A DNA stretch of 52,588 nt from the IMG/VR virus record IMGVR_UViG_3300037234_000222, positions 1 through 52,588 of that record; one strand, given 5' to 3'. Of the stretch, positions 44,453 through 52,588 are shown piece by piece. Position 1 is the stretch's first letter. Each line of letters begins with the position of its first letter. Source of the stretch: a virus. Taxonomy: Duplodnaviria > Caudoviricetes. The notes beneath the pieces are model-generated. The model worked only from the letters and a program-made list of their open reading frames with translations, searched no databases and had not been told where the DNA came from. The translations under genes were made by a program, and so were the position numbers.

Positions 44453-45081
44453 TACACCACCAAAGGTAAAAGGGTTAATAGGCCAAGGGCATCACCTACG
44501 CCTACCGTGTTTCTTACATCATCGGTCACTTTAGTGGTGGCCACCGCTCCTTGCTGTCTTACTGTCCTACGTTTCTTGAACCCCATTGAGACATTAATTG
44601 CAAACCCTGTATTGTTATCAATCCGCTCTGTAAAAGAGCGCAATAGCATATCTTTATAGATTCTCGAATCAGTTACAATCGTTACTGTGATATTATTATC
44701 TTTGATCTTCCTTAAATCTGATACAACGTCTGAACTTCGGCCCTTATAGGTGTCTAAAATGCCCCCTAACGGGTTTATAATGTTCGTTGGCGTATCGGTA
44801 ATGATCGCCTCGATTTCGACCTCTTCAGGGCTTTTAACCACGTTATCGCTTAGAAATGTTCCATCTTCAATCGGGAACTCTGCTATAATATGTTGTTCTG
44901 TTGCGGATAGTCTTGTGATTACATCAAGCTCAACTTTAATTGGTGTGTCGTCTTGGTTTCTATAACCAAAGGCGGTAGCCCCTGCCTTTTGTAAAGCAGT
45001 TAATTGGTTGACTTTATCTTCGGGCTTGGGAATGCCTTTGATGAATGCTTTTTTAGTTGGGGTTAAAAATGTCGCTGCCAT
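44452..45081 (-). CDS. Dit-like tail tube initiator
   Basis: E.H...EFPIEDG..LSDNV...P, VT..RIY.DM. Confidence 0.8.
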   Translation of the reverse strand: MAATFLTPTKKAFIKGIPKPEDKVNQLTALQKAGATAFGYRNQDDTPIKVELDVITRLSATEQHIIAEFPIEDGTFLSDNVVKSPEEVEIEAIITDTPTNIINPLGGILDTYKGRSSDVVSDLRKIKDNNITVTIVTDSRIYKDMLLRSFTERIDNNTGFAINVSMGFKKRRTVRQQGAVATTKVTDDVRNTVGVGDALGLLTLLPLVV

Positions 45082-46370
45082 TATCCACCCGCCTGAGTTG
45101 CACGTCTAGCCTTAAGCTGCTTAAACGTGGTTTCTTGAGATGTAAAGCCAGCTTGTTTCAATTGCTTTCCGACCTCTTGACCAGCCGCTTGCCCGGCCTC
45201 TACCGTGTCTGCATGGATTGTAATGGTTGCTGTTTTGGATTCTGCACCTCCACCGCCGCCATTTCCACCCCCGGCTATATCACGTTGAAGCTTTAAAGTT
45301 GCTTCGCTAAGAAATAAATTTCTAACCTTTTGCCCTACATTAAGCCCTGCGTAAAAATCAGCTATCTTATTTTTTACAATATCAAAAATTTCCCCAAGTT
45401 CCTTTAAATCTCTAACCCATCTTTTAAAATGATTACTCTCTCCAAACCAGATAGCAGCCGAAGGATCATTTAGAGCCGCCCATAGATCATGAACGAACAC
45501 AGCCGCCGCTCCTAATGCAGTTCCGATAGCCCCAATGAAGCCCAAGACTGGACTTATTGCGATGCCAAGCAGCTTAAAAGCAAACCCAAGAAGCTTTACC
45601 CCGGACAAAACAACGGTAAGAAGACCGCCAAGCCCGACCAACTTCCCAATGAATTGACCAAGCCGATTGTTTAAAAAGAAAGCGGCCAAATCATTGAAAA
45701 TTTCAAGCAATGTTGAAAGAATAGGATTTATGAATTCACCAACAATCTGTCCGAAATCTTCAAATATCTTTAATGATCTTGATTGCTGAACGTCTAAATC
45801 TTTAAAGGCTTTTGAAACCTTCTTTTGCCTTTCAAGTCTGGTTGCTTCAAGTCGATTAAGGATTTCTTGTTTGATCGTTGCGGTAGTATAGGCTATGCCT
45901 TGCCTATTGAGGGCTTCTAATTCCTTTTGAACCGTAAGCCCTAATGCTTTAAGAGGTGCCAAGTTCTGACCACTTGCGGCCTGATCAATTAATGCCCTTA
46001 CCTCTTCAACTGATTTACCTGTCAACGCTGCAAAGTCCTCAACATCCTGCATTGTTTTTCTAGTAAATCCAATATCTCCCAACTCCTCAAGAGATTGCTG
46101 AACCGCTCTGGAAGCATCTACAGTTGAAGAAACGATACGATCCATTCCATCAACTATTTTCAAGGCATCAATTTCATTTGCGAACAGGCCAATATTTCGC
46201 CTGATTACATCCATTTCTTGGCCAACGGCGGAAAATGCGCTAAGGAGCTTTCCAACTGCAAACGTACCGATAAGCTGCTTAGTCTTGCCGAATTGTTTAT
46301 TAAACTCTTCGACAGGCTTAGTATCAATATCAAACCCGAATTTTGCTATTAGCTCTCTAACCGTTGCCAT
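45081..46370 (-). CDS. tape measure protein
   Basis: MATVRELIAKFGFD start, helical with hydrophobic Gly-rich segment, canonical position. Confidence 0.8.
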   Translation of the reverse strand: MATVRELIAKFGFDIDTKPVEEFNKQFGKTKQLIGTFAVGKLLSAFSAVGQEMDVIRRNIGLFANEIDALKIVDGMDRIVSSTVDASRAVQQSLEELGDIGFTRKTMQDVEDFAALTGKSVEEVRALIDQAASGQNLAPLKALGLTVQKELEALNRQGIAYTTATIKQEILNRLEATRLERQKKVSKAFKDLDVQQSRSLKIFEDFGQIVGEFINPILSTLLEIFNDLAAFFLNNRLGQFIGKLVGLGGLLTVVLSGVKLLGFAFKLLGIAISPVLGFIGAIGTALGAAAVFVHDLWAALNDPSAAIWFGESNHFKRWVRDLKELGEIFDIVKNKIADFYAGLNVGQKVRNLFLSEATLKLQRDIAGGGNGGGGGAESKTATITIHADTVEAGQAAGQEVGKQLKQAGFTSQETTFKQLKARRATQAGG

Positions 46371-46602
46371 TCTTTCTCTTTATCCCTTCTTCGTGTTTAG
46401 CCTGTGCAATGTATTGACTATCAAGAAAATAAATACATTGATAGAGATCAACAATATCCCAATGATTTTCGATTTCATACTTTGTTCCTTTGTCAGCAAA
46501 TACAACCTGCCAAATAAGAGATTCTTCAGTTGTTAACTCTAGGTCAGAGCTTCCAGAAAAGTATCTGCTATTTTCTTTGCGCTGATCCCAAACCTTTTTC
46601 CC
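46357..46602 (-). CDS. tail chaperone frameshift extension (gpGT-like) entered by -1 slip at G GGA AAA
   Basis: GGGAAAA at 46596-46602; -1 frame open to TAG 46357: KVWDQRK...LIWQVVFADKGTKYEIENHWDIVDLYQCIYFLD...; no own start codon. Confidence 0.75.
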   Translation of the reverse strand, partial: GKKVWDQRKENSRYFSGSSDLELTTEESLIWQVVFADKGTKYEIENHWDIVDLYQCIYFLDSQYIAQAKHEEGIKRKNGNG

Positions 46603-47003
46603 ACAGCCTCTACGATCCCCTTTTCTTGATAATACACAGAATCCATGAATAGTTTAGCAATAAAAATAAACCCATCATTATCATGTTCAGACTCCCATTC
46701 GTCCATACTTGCCATGAATTCCTTGTAAGTTCTATCACGACTTAATGTTGGTGGGGCAACTACAGATTCCTTTGCGATATTTACCATGAATTCAAGTCCA
46801 CCGCTTCCGGCTAATTTTGTTATAGCCTCTACTGTCATTCTGGCTAGATCAGTATCTAAACTAGAACCTTTTTTTAAAAGACCTAGATCAATAACACCGC
46901 CAACCTTTTCTACTAATCTTGATTTAAAATCGGCCCTTTTAAGCATTGGGAGTCTTTCAAGAGTTAGTTCAGTGTCTAATATTTTTTTTGTTTCTTGCTT
47001 CAT
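46539..47003 (-). CDS. tail assembly chaperone (gpG-like)
   Basis: Between tube and tape measure; contains slippery GK codons. Confidence 0.75.
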   Translation of the reverse strand: MKQETKKILDTELTLERLPMLKRADFKSRLVEKVGGVIDLGLLKKGSSLDTDLARMTVEAITKLAGSGGLEFMVNIAKESVVAPPTLSRDRTYKEFMASMDEWESEHDNDGFIFIAKLFMDSVYYQEKGIVEAVGKRFGISAKKIADTFLEALT

Positions 47004-47009
47004 TGTATT

Positions 47010-47098
47010 TAGGCGTTCGAGTTATAGGCGTTTAAAAAAGGAAGACGGGTAGAACACGGGTACGCCTAAGAACCCGTAGGAATGGAAACGTCTACCCG
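47010..47098 (-). promoter_or_regulatory. structured RNA element between tube and chaperone genes
   Basis: Nested stems 47046-47053/47091-47098 and 47056-47061/47072-47077; loop complementary to two downstream ACGCCTA copies. Confidence 0.5.
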
Positions 47099-47100
47099 CC

Positions 47101-47553
47101 TTATAGGGCTTCGTATTCTCCATGGGTCAAGGCTAAGTCTGCACAAAGCATAACCCACTCATTTGTAACAATTTCATTACCTCTTTCCAGAGTTGCATCT
47201 TTCTCAAATTTAGCTACAAGCGCACCAGCAATTGCATTTCCGTTGTGATCTTTTAGCTGGACTGAAAATACACCTTGTCCACTAATATTGTCAGCCGTGG
47301 TGATTTTTGAAAACACAGCGTTAGAGGTTGCCGTATGCTGCAATGAAACTGTGATCGTTCCGCTTTTATCTCTTAGCAAAACAAATGCGGAATCCCCTTG
47401 AGAACCAACATTTAAATCGTTAAGGTTATTTCTCCTTTCAGCAGCCATCATTGTTCCTTCTTGATAGCCACTCACAGTATGAGAGCCAACCCCCGGTAGA
47501 GGGCTTACAATAGTCAATGTTACTGCTTTTGGATCGTATTGATTAACTGCCAT
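47101..47553 (-). CDS. tail tube protein (DUF3277 type)
   Basis: YDPK.V, VG..GD......DKSGTITVSLQ.T..SN. Confidence 0.88.
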   Translation of the reverse strand: MAVNQYDPKAVTLTIVSPLPGVGSHTVSGYQEGTMMAAERRNNLNDLNVGSQGDSAFVLLRDKSGTITVSLQHTATSNAVFSKITTADNISGQGVFSVQLKDHNGNAIAGALVAKFEKDATLERGNEIVTNEWVMLCADLALTHGEYEAL

Positions 47554-47557
47554 AATT

Positions 47558-48835
47558 TTACTGTGTTAGGGTTACGTTGACAACTAGAGAATGAACCGAA
47601 CCGCCAATCTTAGCCGTGACTGTGATAGGTGGGATTGCCCGAACTGATTTATAAACATCCGCCGCCGTTGCCGCTCTTGGCATGTCAAGAATGTATTCTG
47701 TTGAATCATCAATCGGTGTAATGACATTCCGGGCCAAGGCTTGAGCTAGAACATCTCTGACCTGATTTTCAACAAGGCCAAAACCTGCGTCATTATAAGG
47801 AACCGAAGCGGGATTCTTAAGCTGTGTAAAGACTTGGGCTTCCATGGTATCCTTCAACCAATCTTTGCCCACGATATTATCAGTAAAATTTCCACCTACG
47901 CTTATACCTTCCTTGTAAATATCAAGCCCTCTTTCCTCAATGTAGATGTTCCCACCTTTATCTTGGATTGCTTGCATTTCACTTGAATTGATAACGGTAG
48001 TGGGGATTACTTGTTGCCCGGTAAGGGTCTTAAACTTTCTTGTGTATGATCCTACTTCACGCCATGCAACCGCCCCGATCATTGCTGATTCTGGAAAGGT
48101 GTATCTTGCGAAATAATCAATTGCATCGGCTGGTGTCGGGTCGTCAATTGCACCGCTTGCAACATAGGTGAATTGATTATCCGTTGGAACCGTGGCAACA
48201 ATGAAGTTTCCGTTAGTAGCTGCATCAGCACCAGCACTTACTGTAATTGGGTCGTTTACTCTTAACCCGTGGCCTGTGTCATCAACTGTAACGACTTCGC
48301 TAAGAATTACACCAATAATCCCAGATGTTGAATCAACCCCGCCTTGGTGGTGCCATTGCAAACTTGTGTATTCGTAATTGAATCCAGCAAGGGTGCTTAA
48401 AACATCGGCGACATCGGCTGAATCGTAAACGTCTGCATCCTCAGAACATCCGTTAAAGTACCTCTTGTTTAGTTCCGCCCATGCGGCGGCTTCAAGAATA
48501 TCAGCTTTAACCCTGCTCAGGATAACCCAATCATACCAAGCATTATCTTCAAGGAAGATCGCATTAAGTGCGGCTGTCATACTTGCATCGCCCGAATCTT
48601 GGCGGATAAACTTGATTGTAGCGGGGGCAGGGTCTTGGGTAAAGAGGGCGGCTGCTGCCTTGTACTCTTTAGTTGTTACTGCAAAATCCGCTACTACATC
48701 AGTGGGCGAAGAATAACTTTTGCTTCTATTGACTGTAAAATTTGCATCTTCAGTCAAGATGGAAGGCGTTGAGAACCCTTGCGTTTGCGCTTGATCCGTT
48801 TGGAGATCAACATTGACTGTGACTGTTTGTGTCAT
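47558..48835 (-). CDS. tail sheath protein (DUF3383 type)
   Basis: Y.AA..LF.Q.P, G.YT.KFKTL.G, G.F.D.I.G.DWL, VPY.D.G. Confidence 0.92.
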   Translation of the reverse strand: MTQTVTVNVDLQTDQAQTQGFSTPSILTEDANFTVNRSKSYSSPTDVVADFAVTTKEYKAAAALFTQDPAPATIKFIRQDSGDASMTAALNAIFLEDNAWYDWVILSRVKADILEAAAWAELNKRYFNGCSEDADVYDSADVADVLSTLAGFNYEYTSLQWHHQGGVDSTSGIIGVILSEVVTVDDTGHGLRVNDPITVSAGADAATNGNFIVATVPTDNQFTYVASGAIDDPTPADAIDYFARYTFPESAMIGAVAWREVGSYTRKFKTLTGQQVIPTTVINSSEMQAIQDKGGNIYIEERGLDIYKEGISVGGNFTDNIVGKDWLKDTMEAQVFTQLKNPASVPYNDAGFGLVENQVRDVLAQALARNVITPIDDSTEYILDMPRAATAADVYKSVRAIPPITVTAKIGGSVHSLVVNVTLTQ

Positions 48836-48837
48836 AA

Positions 48838-49338
48838 TTAAACCAAGTTTAAGGTAATTATTGTTTGATCTCTGTCAATTGTACTAACTGGTAACACAAT
48901 GGACTCTCTTGAAAATACTTGCAGCTCAATTACTGCCCTTCGTTCAAACTCTGTGCTTAGGTACAAATCTTCATTTGCATAGTCCGAATGATTCAAAATC
49001 TTGAAGTCGAACTCGACAACCGCATCAATCCCAGCCGTAGTTGAAAGATAAAGCAAAAAATCATTTGCCAACTCCCTTGCGAGCTTGCCGTTGTTTTCTT
49101 TCTTGTCTGAACTGGTGTAGAATTGAATTTCTACGTTGTACACATACGGTAGAGCGGTTTCTTCATCTACGGTCAATCCTGAGCTTGTTAAACTCGTTTC
49201 TTTTTGCCCCTGCCTAACTTGGCTAATAATATTCCAAGTTGCATATGGTCTAGCTGGTCTTTCCTTCGATTGGTTGGCTCTTATCACTTTGACCCCGGCC
49301 ACCGAAGACACGAATGCTTGAAAATCAGCTAGGTTCAT
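48838..49338 (-). CDS. tail terminator / neck protein
   Basis: VIRANQ...RP.RPYAT, FERRA. Confidence 0.8.
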   Translation of the reverse strand: MNLADFQAFVSSVAGVKVIRANQSKERPARPYATWNIISQVRQGQKETSLTSSGLTVDEETALPYVYNVEIQFYTSSDKKENNGKLARELANDFLLYLSTTAGIDAVVEFDFKILNHSDYANEDLYLSTEFERRAVIELQVFSRESIVLPVSTIDRDQTIITLNLV

Positions 49339-49693
49339 TGTTTTCTACCTTTCTTTCACTCTTCCAAAGTGCAACCGCACGATAACCAGCCGTTTCGTTA
49401 TCTCTGAACTCTCTAACTGATTCAGCCGTGTATTCTTGGCCATCCGCAATCAATATATCTTTTTGTTCCATTTTCTCAAGACTATAAAATACCTTTGCCT
49501 TGTCGTTTCTTTCACCTTCGGGCAAACTTTGAAGGTCGCTTGTGGTTGGGCTTTGAATATGGGCTAAAGCTTCTTCTTCAGCCGTTTCAGTCCTTACCGC
49601 ATCGCCTTCATCGTCATACTCAAAAGCCTCGTTATCTCTTTGCCGAATGATTCCAATCGGCCTTTGGTGTCTTTGGATAACATCGCTAATCAT
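49325..49693 (-). CDS. head closure protein
   Basis: IQ.....DLQ.LPEGER motif. Confidence 0.75.
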   Translation of the reverse strand: MISDVIQRHQRPIGIIRQRDNEAFEYDDEGDAVRTETAEEEALAHIQSPTTSDLQSLPEGERNDKAKVFYSLEKMEQKDILIADGQEYTAESVREFRDNETAGYRAVALWKSERKVENNEPS

Positions 49694-50141
49694 TCCTTAT
49701 CTCTACCTTGAGTGATTGAATCATTTTACCTGTATCAATCAATGGAATTGGATTGCCTTTCTTTTTTGCAGTCCTATTCTTTCTTCTTATCGTGAATTCA
49801 GAGTTTGCCTTGAATTCTCTATTTCTAATAGCCTTTCTAATCTCTGACCTGTAAAAGTTTCCGATCCTAGAAAGGACTCTTGAAGGTGAAGCATTATCAA
49901 AGATAATCTGATTCAGCCCTTCCTTCTTTTTCTTTTTAATCTCTGGCTCTACCTTGTCAAAGGTTTGCCGCATGAAAGGCCGTTCAGGGATTTTATCAGT
50001 CCCGAATTCGTTAGCAACCGCCTTTCTCAATTCTTCGCCCCCTCCAATGATTCCTACAACCGCAATTTTAGAACTTGATTCTTTGATATTTTGGTGGATT
50101 TTATCCCACCCTAAATCTAGTTCTTTAAATTGTACGCTCAT
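49686..50141 (-). CDS. virion morphogenesis / tail completion protein
   Basis: NEFGT..IPERPFMR, PLIDTG.M..S. Confidence 0.85.
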   Translation of the reverse strand: MSVQFKELDLGWDKIHQNIKESSSKIAVVGIIGGGEELRKAVANEFGTDKIPERPFMRQTFDKVEPEIKKKKKEGLNQIIFDNASPSRVLSRIGNFYRSEIRKAIRNREFKANSEFTIRRKNRTAKKKGNPIPLIDTGKMIQSLKVEIRND

Positions 50142-50506
50142 AAAAAATCAATCGAAGGAATAGCTGTATCTCTTATTTCTGCATAAGTTCTACCGTATTG
50201 GGTAGAATATAACCCTTCTCTTGCTGTTGGGTTATTTACTGGCATAGTGAACCCTTGGGATATTTCACCCAAAGATTCACTTGACAGAGTACCGCTTCCA
50301 GCTACCCTATCTACTGATAGTGCAAAATAGTGAGCGGAGAGATAAAGGAAACCTTCTTTATAAAGGTCGCCCCAATAATCTTCGCCTACTAATTTATCTA
50401 CCATAGTGAAGATAGTCTCTTGCGCTCTGACTGTGATATTCTCAAACTTCGAGAGTTCACCATTCATTACGTCCAAGACCTCTTCAAAGGTGACTGGATA
50501 ATCCAT
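50138..50506 (-). CDS. head-tail adaptor (DUF4054 type)
   Basis: L.AH, S.S.G.IS..F, STQYG. Confidence 0.8.
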   Translation of the reverse strand: MDYPVTFEEVLDVMNGELSKFENITVRAQETIFTMVDKLVGEDYWGDLYKEGFLYLSAHYFALSVDRVAGSGTLSSESLGEISQGFTMPVNNPTAREGLYSTQYGRTYAEIRDTAIPSIDFL

Positions 50507-50838
50507 TACTTAGCCTTGGGCTTTGGGCCGGGCTTTGGCTTGGTAAAATGATTGACTTGCCCTTGAAGCTTATCAATCTTTTCTTGCATTTTGGCCTTTT
50601 CCTTTTCAAGTTCTGAAACTCGATCATCGGCCTTTTTTTCTTGCTTTGCAGTGTGAACCATGATGTTTTCTGCTTTTACTTCCTTCTCAAAGGCTTTACA
50701 TTCCTTTAAGAGATTGTTGTAAACTTCTTCATCAAGAGGGTTCTTTCCGGGCTTGATCCAGACCTTAGTTTGGTTTTTCAACCAAAAGCCTTGGGGTGCC
50801 TTATAACTGCTATATACAGTAACTTGCTTTGCCATCAT
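50506..50838 (-). CDS. hypothetical protein after capsid gene, Lys/Pro-rich tail
   Basis: IKPGKN motif; ends KPKPGPKPKAK; GGAGG RBS. Confidence 0.6.
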   Translation of the reverse strand: MMAKQVTVYSSYKAPQGFWLKNQTKVWIKPGKNPLDEEVYNNLLKECKAFEKEVKAENIMVHTAKQEKKADDRVSELEKEKAKMQEKIDKLQGQVNHFTKPKPGPKPKAK

Positions 50839-50843
50839 TCCTC

Positions 50844-52079
50844 CTAAATTCCGTAACGGTAAGCGTGAGGTACAGAGTTACGGACAACTAGCCCTGCAAC
50901 TTTCTCGTTAGAGCCGTACTTAAGAATTTCACCTTGCCATTGAGCTGGAATCCACATTCGCTCTTGGGTAATGATGTATTCCATCATTCTGGCCTCTGGC
51001 ATGTAACCAAGCATCAAGTCAGTTGCACCAGTACCAGCACCAGTAAGATCAAGCATTGGCTGAATCTCTTTAAGCCCCGGAGTGTTAAGCAAAAGATAAC
51101 TCAAAATAGTTAAATCAGAACCAGCCGCCAAACTTCTAGCAGTGGTGGCCAATAACATATATTGGGCAATCGGCACTTTAATAATACCGGGGTTTGCATC
51201 GTTCCAATAACGATCCTGTGAAGCAATCCGAAGATCGGTCACAAGGTCTTGAACATCAAACATGATTGCATCATATCCAACTTGAGTTGCAAGGGCCTTT
51301 TTAGCCGCCCAAGTAACAGCCGCACCTGAAGTAGCCACAACCGCATTTGCAAAGTTGGAGTTGTTTAAAAGACCTTCAGTGCCATTCTCCAGCCCATTCA
51401 ATACTGCATTGTAATGGAATCTTGTGTAAGACTCATCAACTGCATTGAGGTACATTGGATCGGGGGTTTCGCCGAATTCCAAGAAAGCTTTCACTTCGTC
51501 ATCAGTAACTTGATAACCAGTTGTGTACTTGGTAATGTCTTGGGTAAAGCTTGCCATGTTGGCGTTAACCATTGGGATGTCAGAAACGCCTTCGGCACTC
51601 TCTTTCCCTTTGGCTGTGAAATCTGACATTTTGTAACGGTAGGTTACAACACCGGGCCGTCTAATATCAGTTCTTACAGGTACGAAGTTTCGCCAAATGC
51701 TTTGATCCTGATACTCGATTGCGTAAGTCTTAGGATCAAGTGCTTCCAAATCTCTTTGGAGAGCAGAGCCTAGACCACCAAAAGCATCAAGCCTCATCTC
51801 TCTATGGCTGTCAAGTGTATCTTTACGCTTGGCCAAGAATAGAGCAAGCTGATTAGATTCAGCCTTCTTTCTATCTTGGTGCATATTGACAATATCTTGA
51901 TCACTCGCATCAGCACGATAATTTACTGCGGCAATATAATCTTTTGCCATGTCGTTCTGAGAGAATGCAGTGTAACGTGCAAACTCCGCAACGCCTTTTG
52001 AATTTACATCAACTCCCATTCTTGATAGGGTGCCATCTTGCGCCCATTGTTTGAGTTGATAATCGCCTGTCCTATCCAT
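50844..52079 (-). CDS. major capsid protein (DUF2184 type) with long N-terminal extension
   Basis: GY....E, G..GLLNN, SDLTILSYL..N, L.GAG.G.TD, GLVVR...Y.YGI; start MDRTG at 52079 via TAATG. Confidence 0.88.
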   Translation of the reverse strand: MDRTGDYQLKQWAQDGTLSRMGVDVNSKGVAEFARYTAFSQNDMAKDYIAAVNYRADASDQDIVNMHQDRKKAESNQLALFLAKRKDTLDSHREMRLDAFGGLGSALQRDLEALDPKTYAIEYQDQSIWRNFVPVRTDIRRPGVVTYRYKMSDFTAKGKESAEGVSDIPMVNANMASFTQDITKYTTGYQVTDDEVKAFLEFGETPDPMYLNAVDESYTRFHYNAVLNGLENGTEGLLNNSNFANAVVATSGAAVTWAAKKALATQVGYDAIMFDVQDLVTDLRIASQDRYWNDANPGIIKVPIAQYMLLATTARSLAAGSDLTILSYLLLNTPGLKEIQPMLDLTGAGTGATDLMLGYMPEARMMEYIITQERMWIPAQWQGEILKYGSNEKVAGLVVRNSVPHAYRYGI

Positions 52080-52570
52080 TATACGCTCCAAGTGAATCTA
52101 ATTGGTACAACATCACCAGTAACTCCATTTTCTTGGAATATAGCTGGAATATCTGAGGCGGCGGCGGTATCCGCATCACCTCTAAAAGTCCAAACTGAAC
52201 TAGCACCTGCGGTATGTACCGCAAATACAGGCTCGCCTTTTGTGACAGTATCCTCAACAAGAACATATACAACGCCTTCAACTGCTACAGGTACACGATC
52301 ATTAGTCGCATATTCAGTCCCTGTTGTAGCAGATGCAAGTGGGATTTCTTTTGCGCTGCCAAATACTGCAATTCCAGCAAATTGATTTGGTGTGAAATCG
52401 GCTACTGGCAACAAGACTTGAGATCCCGGATCAGTGCCACGAACCAAAGGATAACCCGGTTCGATTGCGGTTGTGTCTTCGTTCAATAGAGCTTCGGTCT
52501 TGACAAGATCAAAGTTCGCAGGAACACCCTTCAAAGCAATGGCAGGATTTTTATCCATGGATGTTTGCAT
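52079..52570 (-). CDS. capsid decoration/cement protein
   Basis: Immediately upstream of the capsid gene; G.P..RG, FAGIAV, V.V..EG.V.V, G..VFA. Confidence 0.8.
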   Translation of the reverse strand: MQTSMDKNPAIALKGVPANFDLVKTEALLNEDTTAIEPGYPLVRGTDPGSQVLLPVADFTPNQFAGIAVFGSAKEIPLASATTGTEYATNDRVPVAVEGVVYVLVEDTVTKGEPVFAVHTAGASSVWTFRGDADTAAASDIPAIFQENGVTGDVVPIRFTWSV

Positions 52571-52588
52571 TATTTTCTCCTTTTGAGT

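Noticed and set aside
1-52588. Stop-codon reassignment
   Set aside because: Core genes are full length in the standard code and coding density is high.

Overview
The window looks like a complete or near-complete, circularly permuted genome (~52.6 kb) of a contractile-tailed dsDNA phage (myovirus) of a Gram-negative host. Almost all genes are on the minus strand. Head genes: terminase, DUF1073-type portal, Mu-F/SPP1-gp7-like minor head protein, DUF2213 protease/scaffold split by the window edge, decoration protein and DUF2184-type major capsid. Tail genes: neck proteins, DUF3383 sheath, DUF3277 tube, a -1 frameshifted chaperone, tape measure, baseplate and tail fibre. Replication and recombination genes: initiator with iterons, loader, DnaB, SSB, ERF, RecE-like exonuclease and VRR-NUC. 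Many small accessory genes are present (Lar, YopX, DUF551, HNH, DNA methyltransferase, Tad2-like). I could not recognise an integrase, holin or endolysin. The most striking unexplained structure is a cluster of 28-bp dif-like sites (TGTGnnnATAA-N6-TTATnnnCACA, 11-6-11 geometry) sitting at the boundaries of consecutive accessory genes at 23.85-26.46 kb, suggesting a Xer-type gene-cassette array in a phage. Also notable: a patatin with all catalytic motifs degenerated near a Tad2-like gene, two envelope-protein clusters ending the late operons, several structured intergenic RNAs, apparently leaderless head-gene transcripts and three SutA-like peptides. All family names come from motif recognition by eye; no database searches were run.
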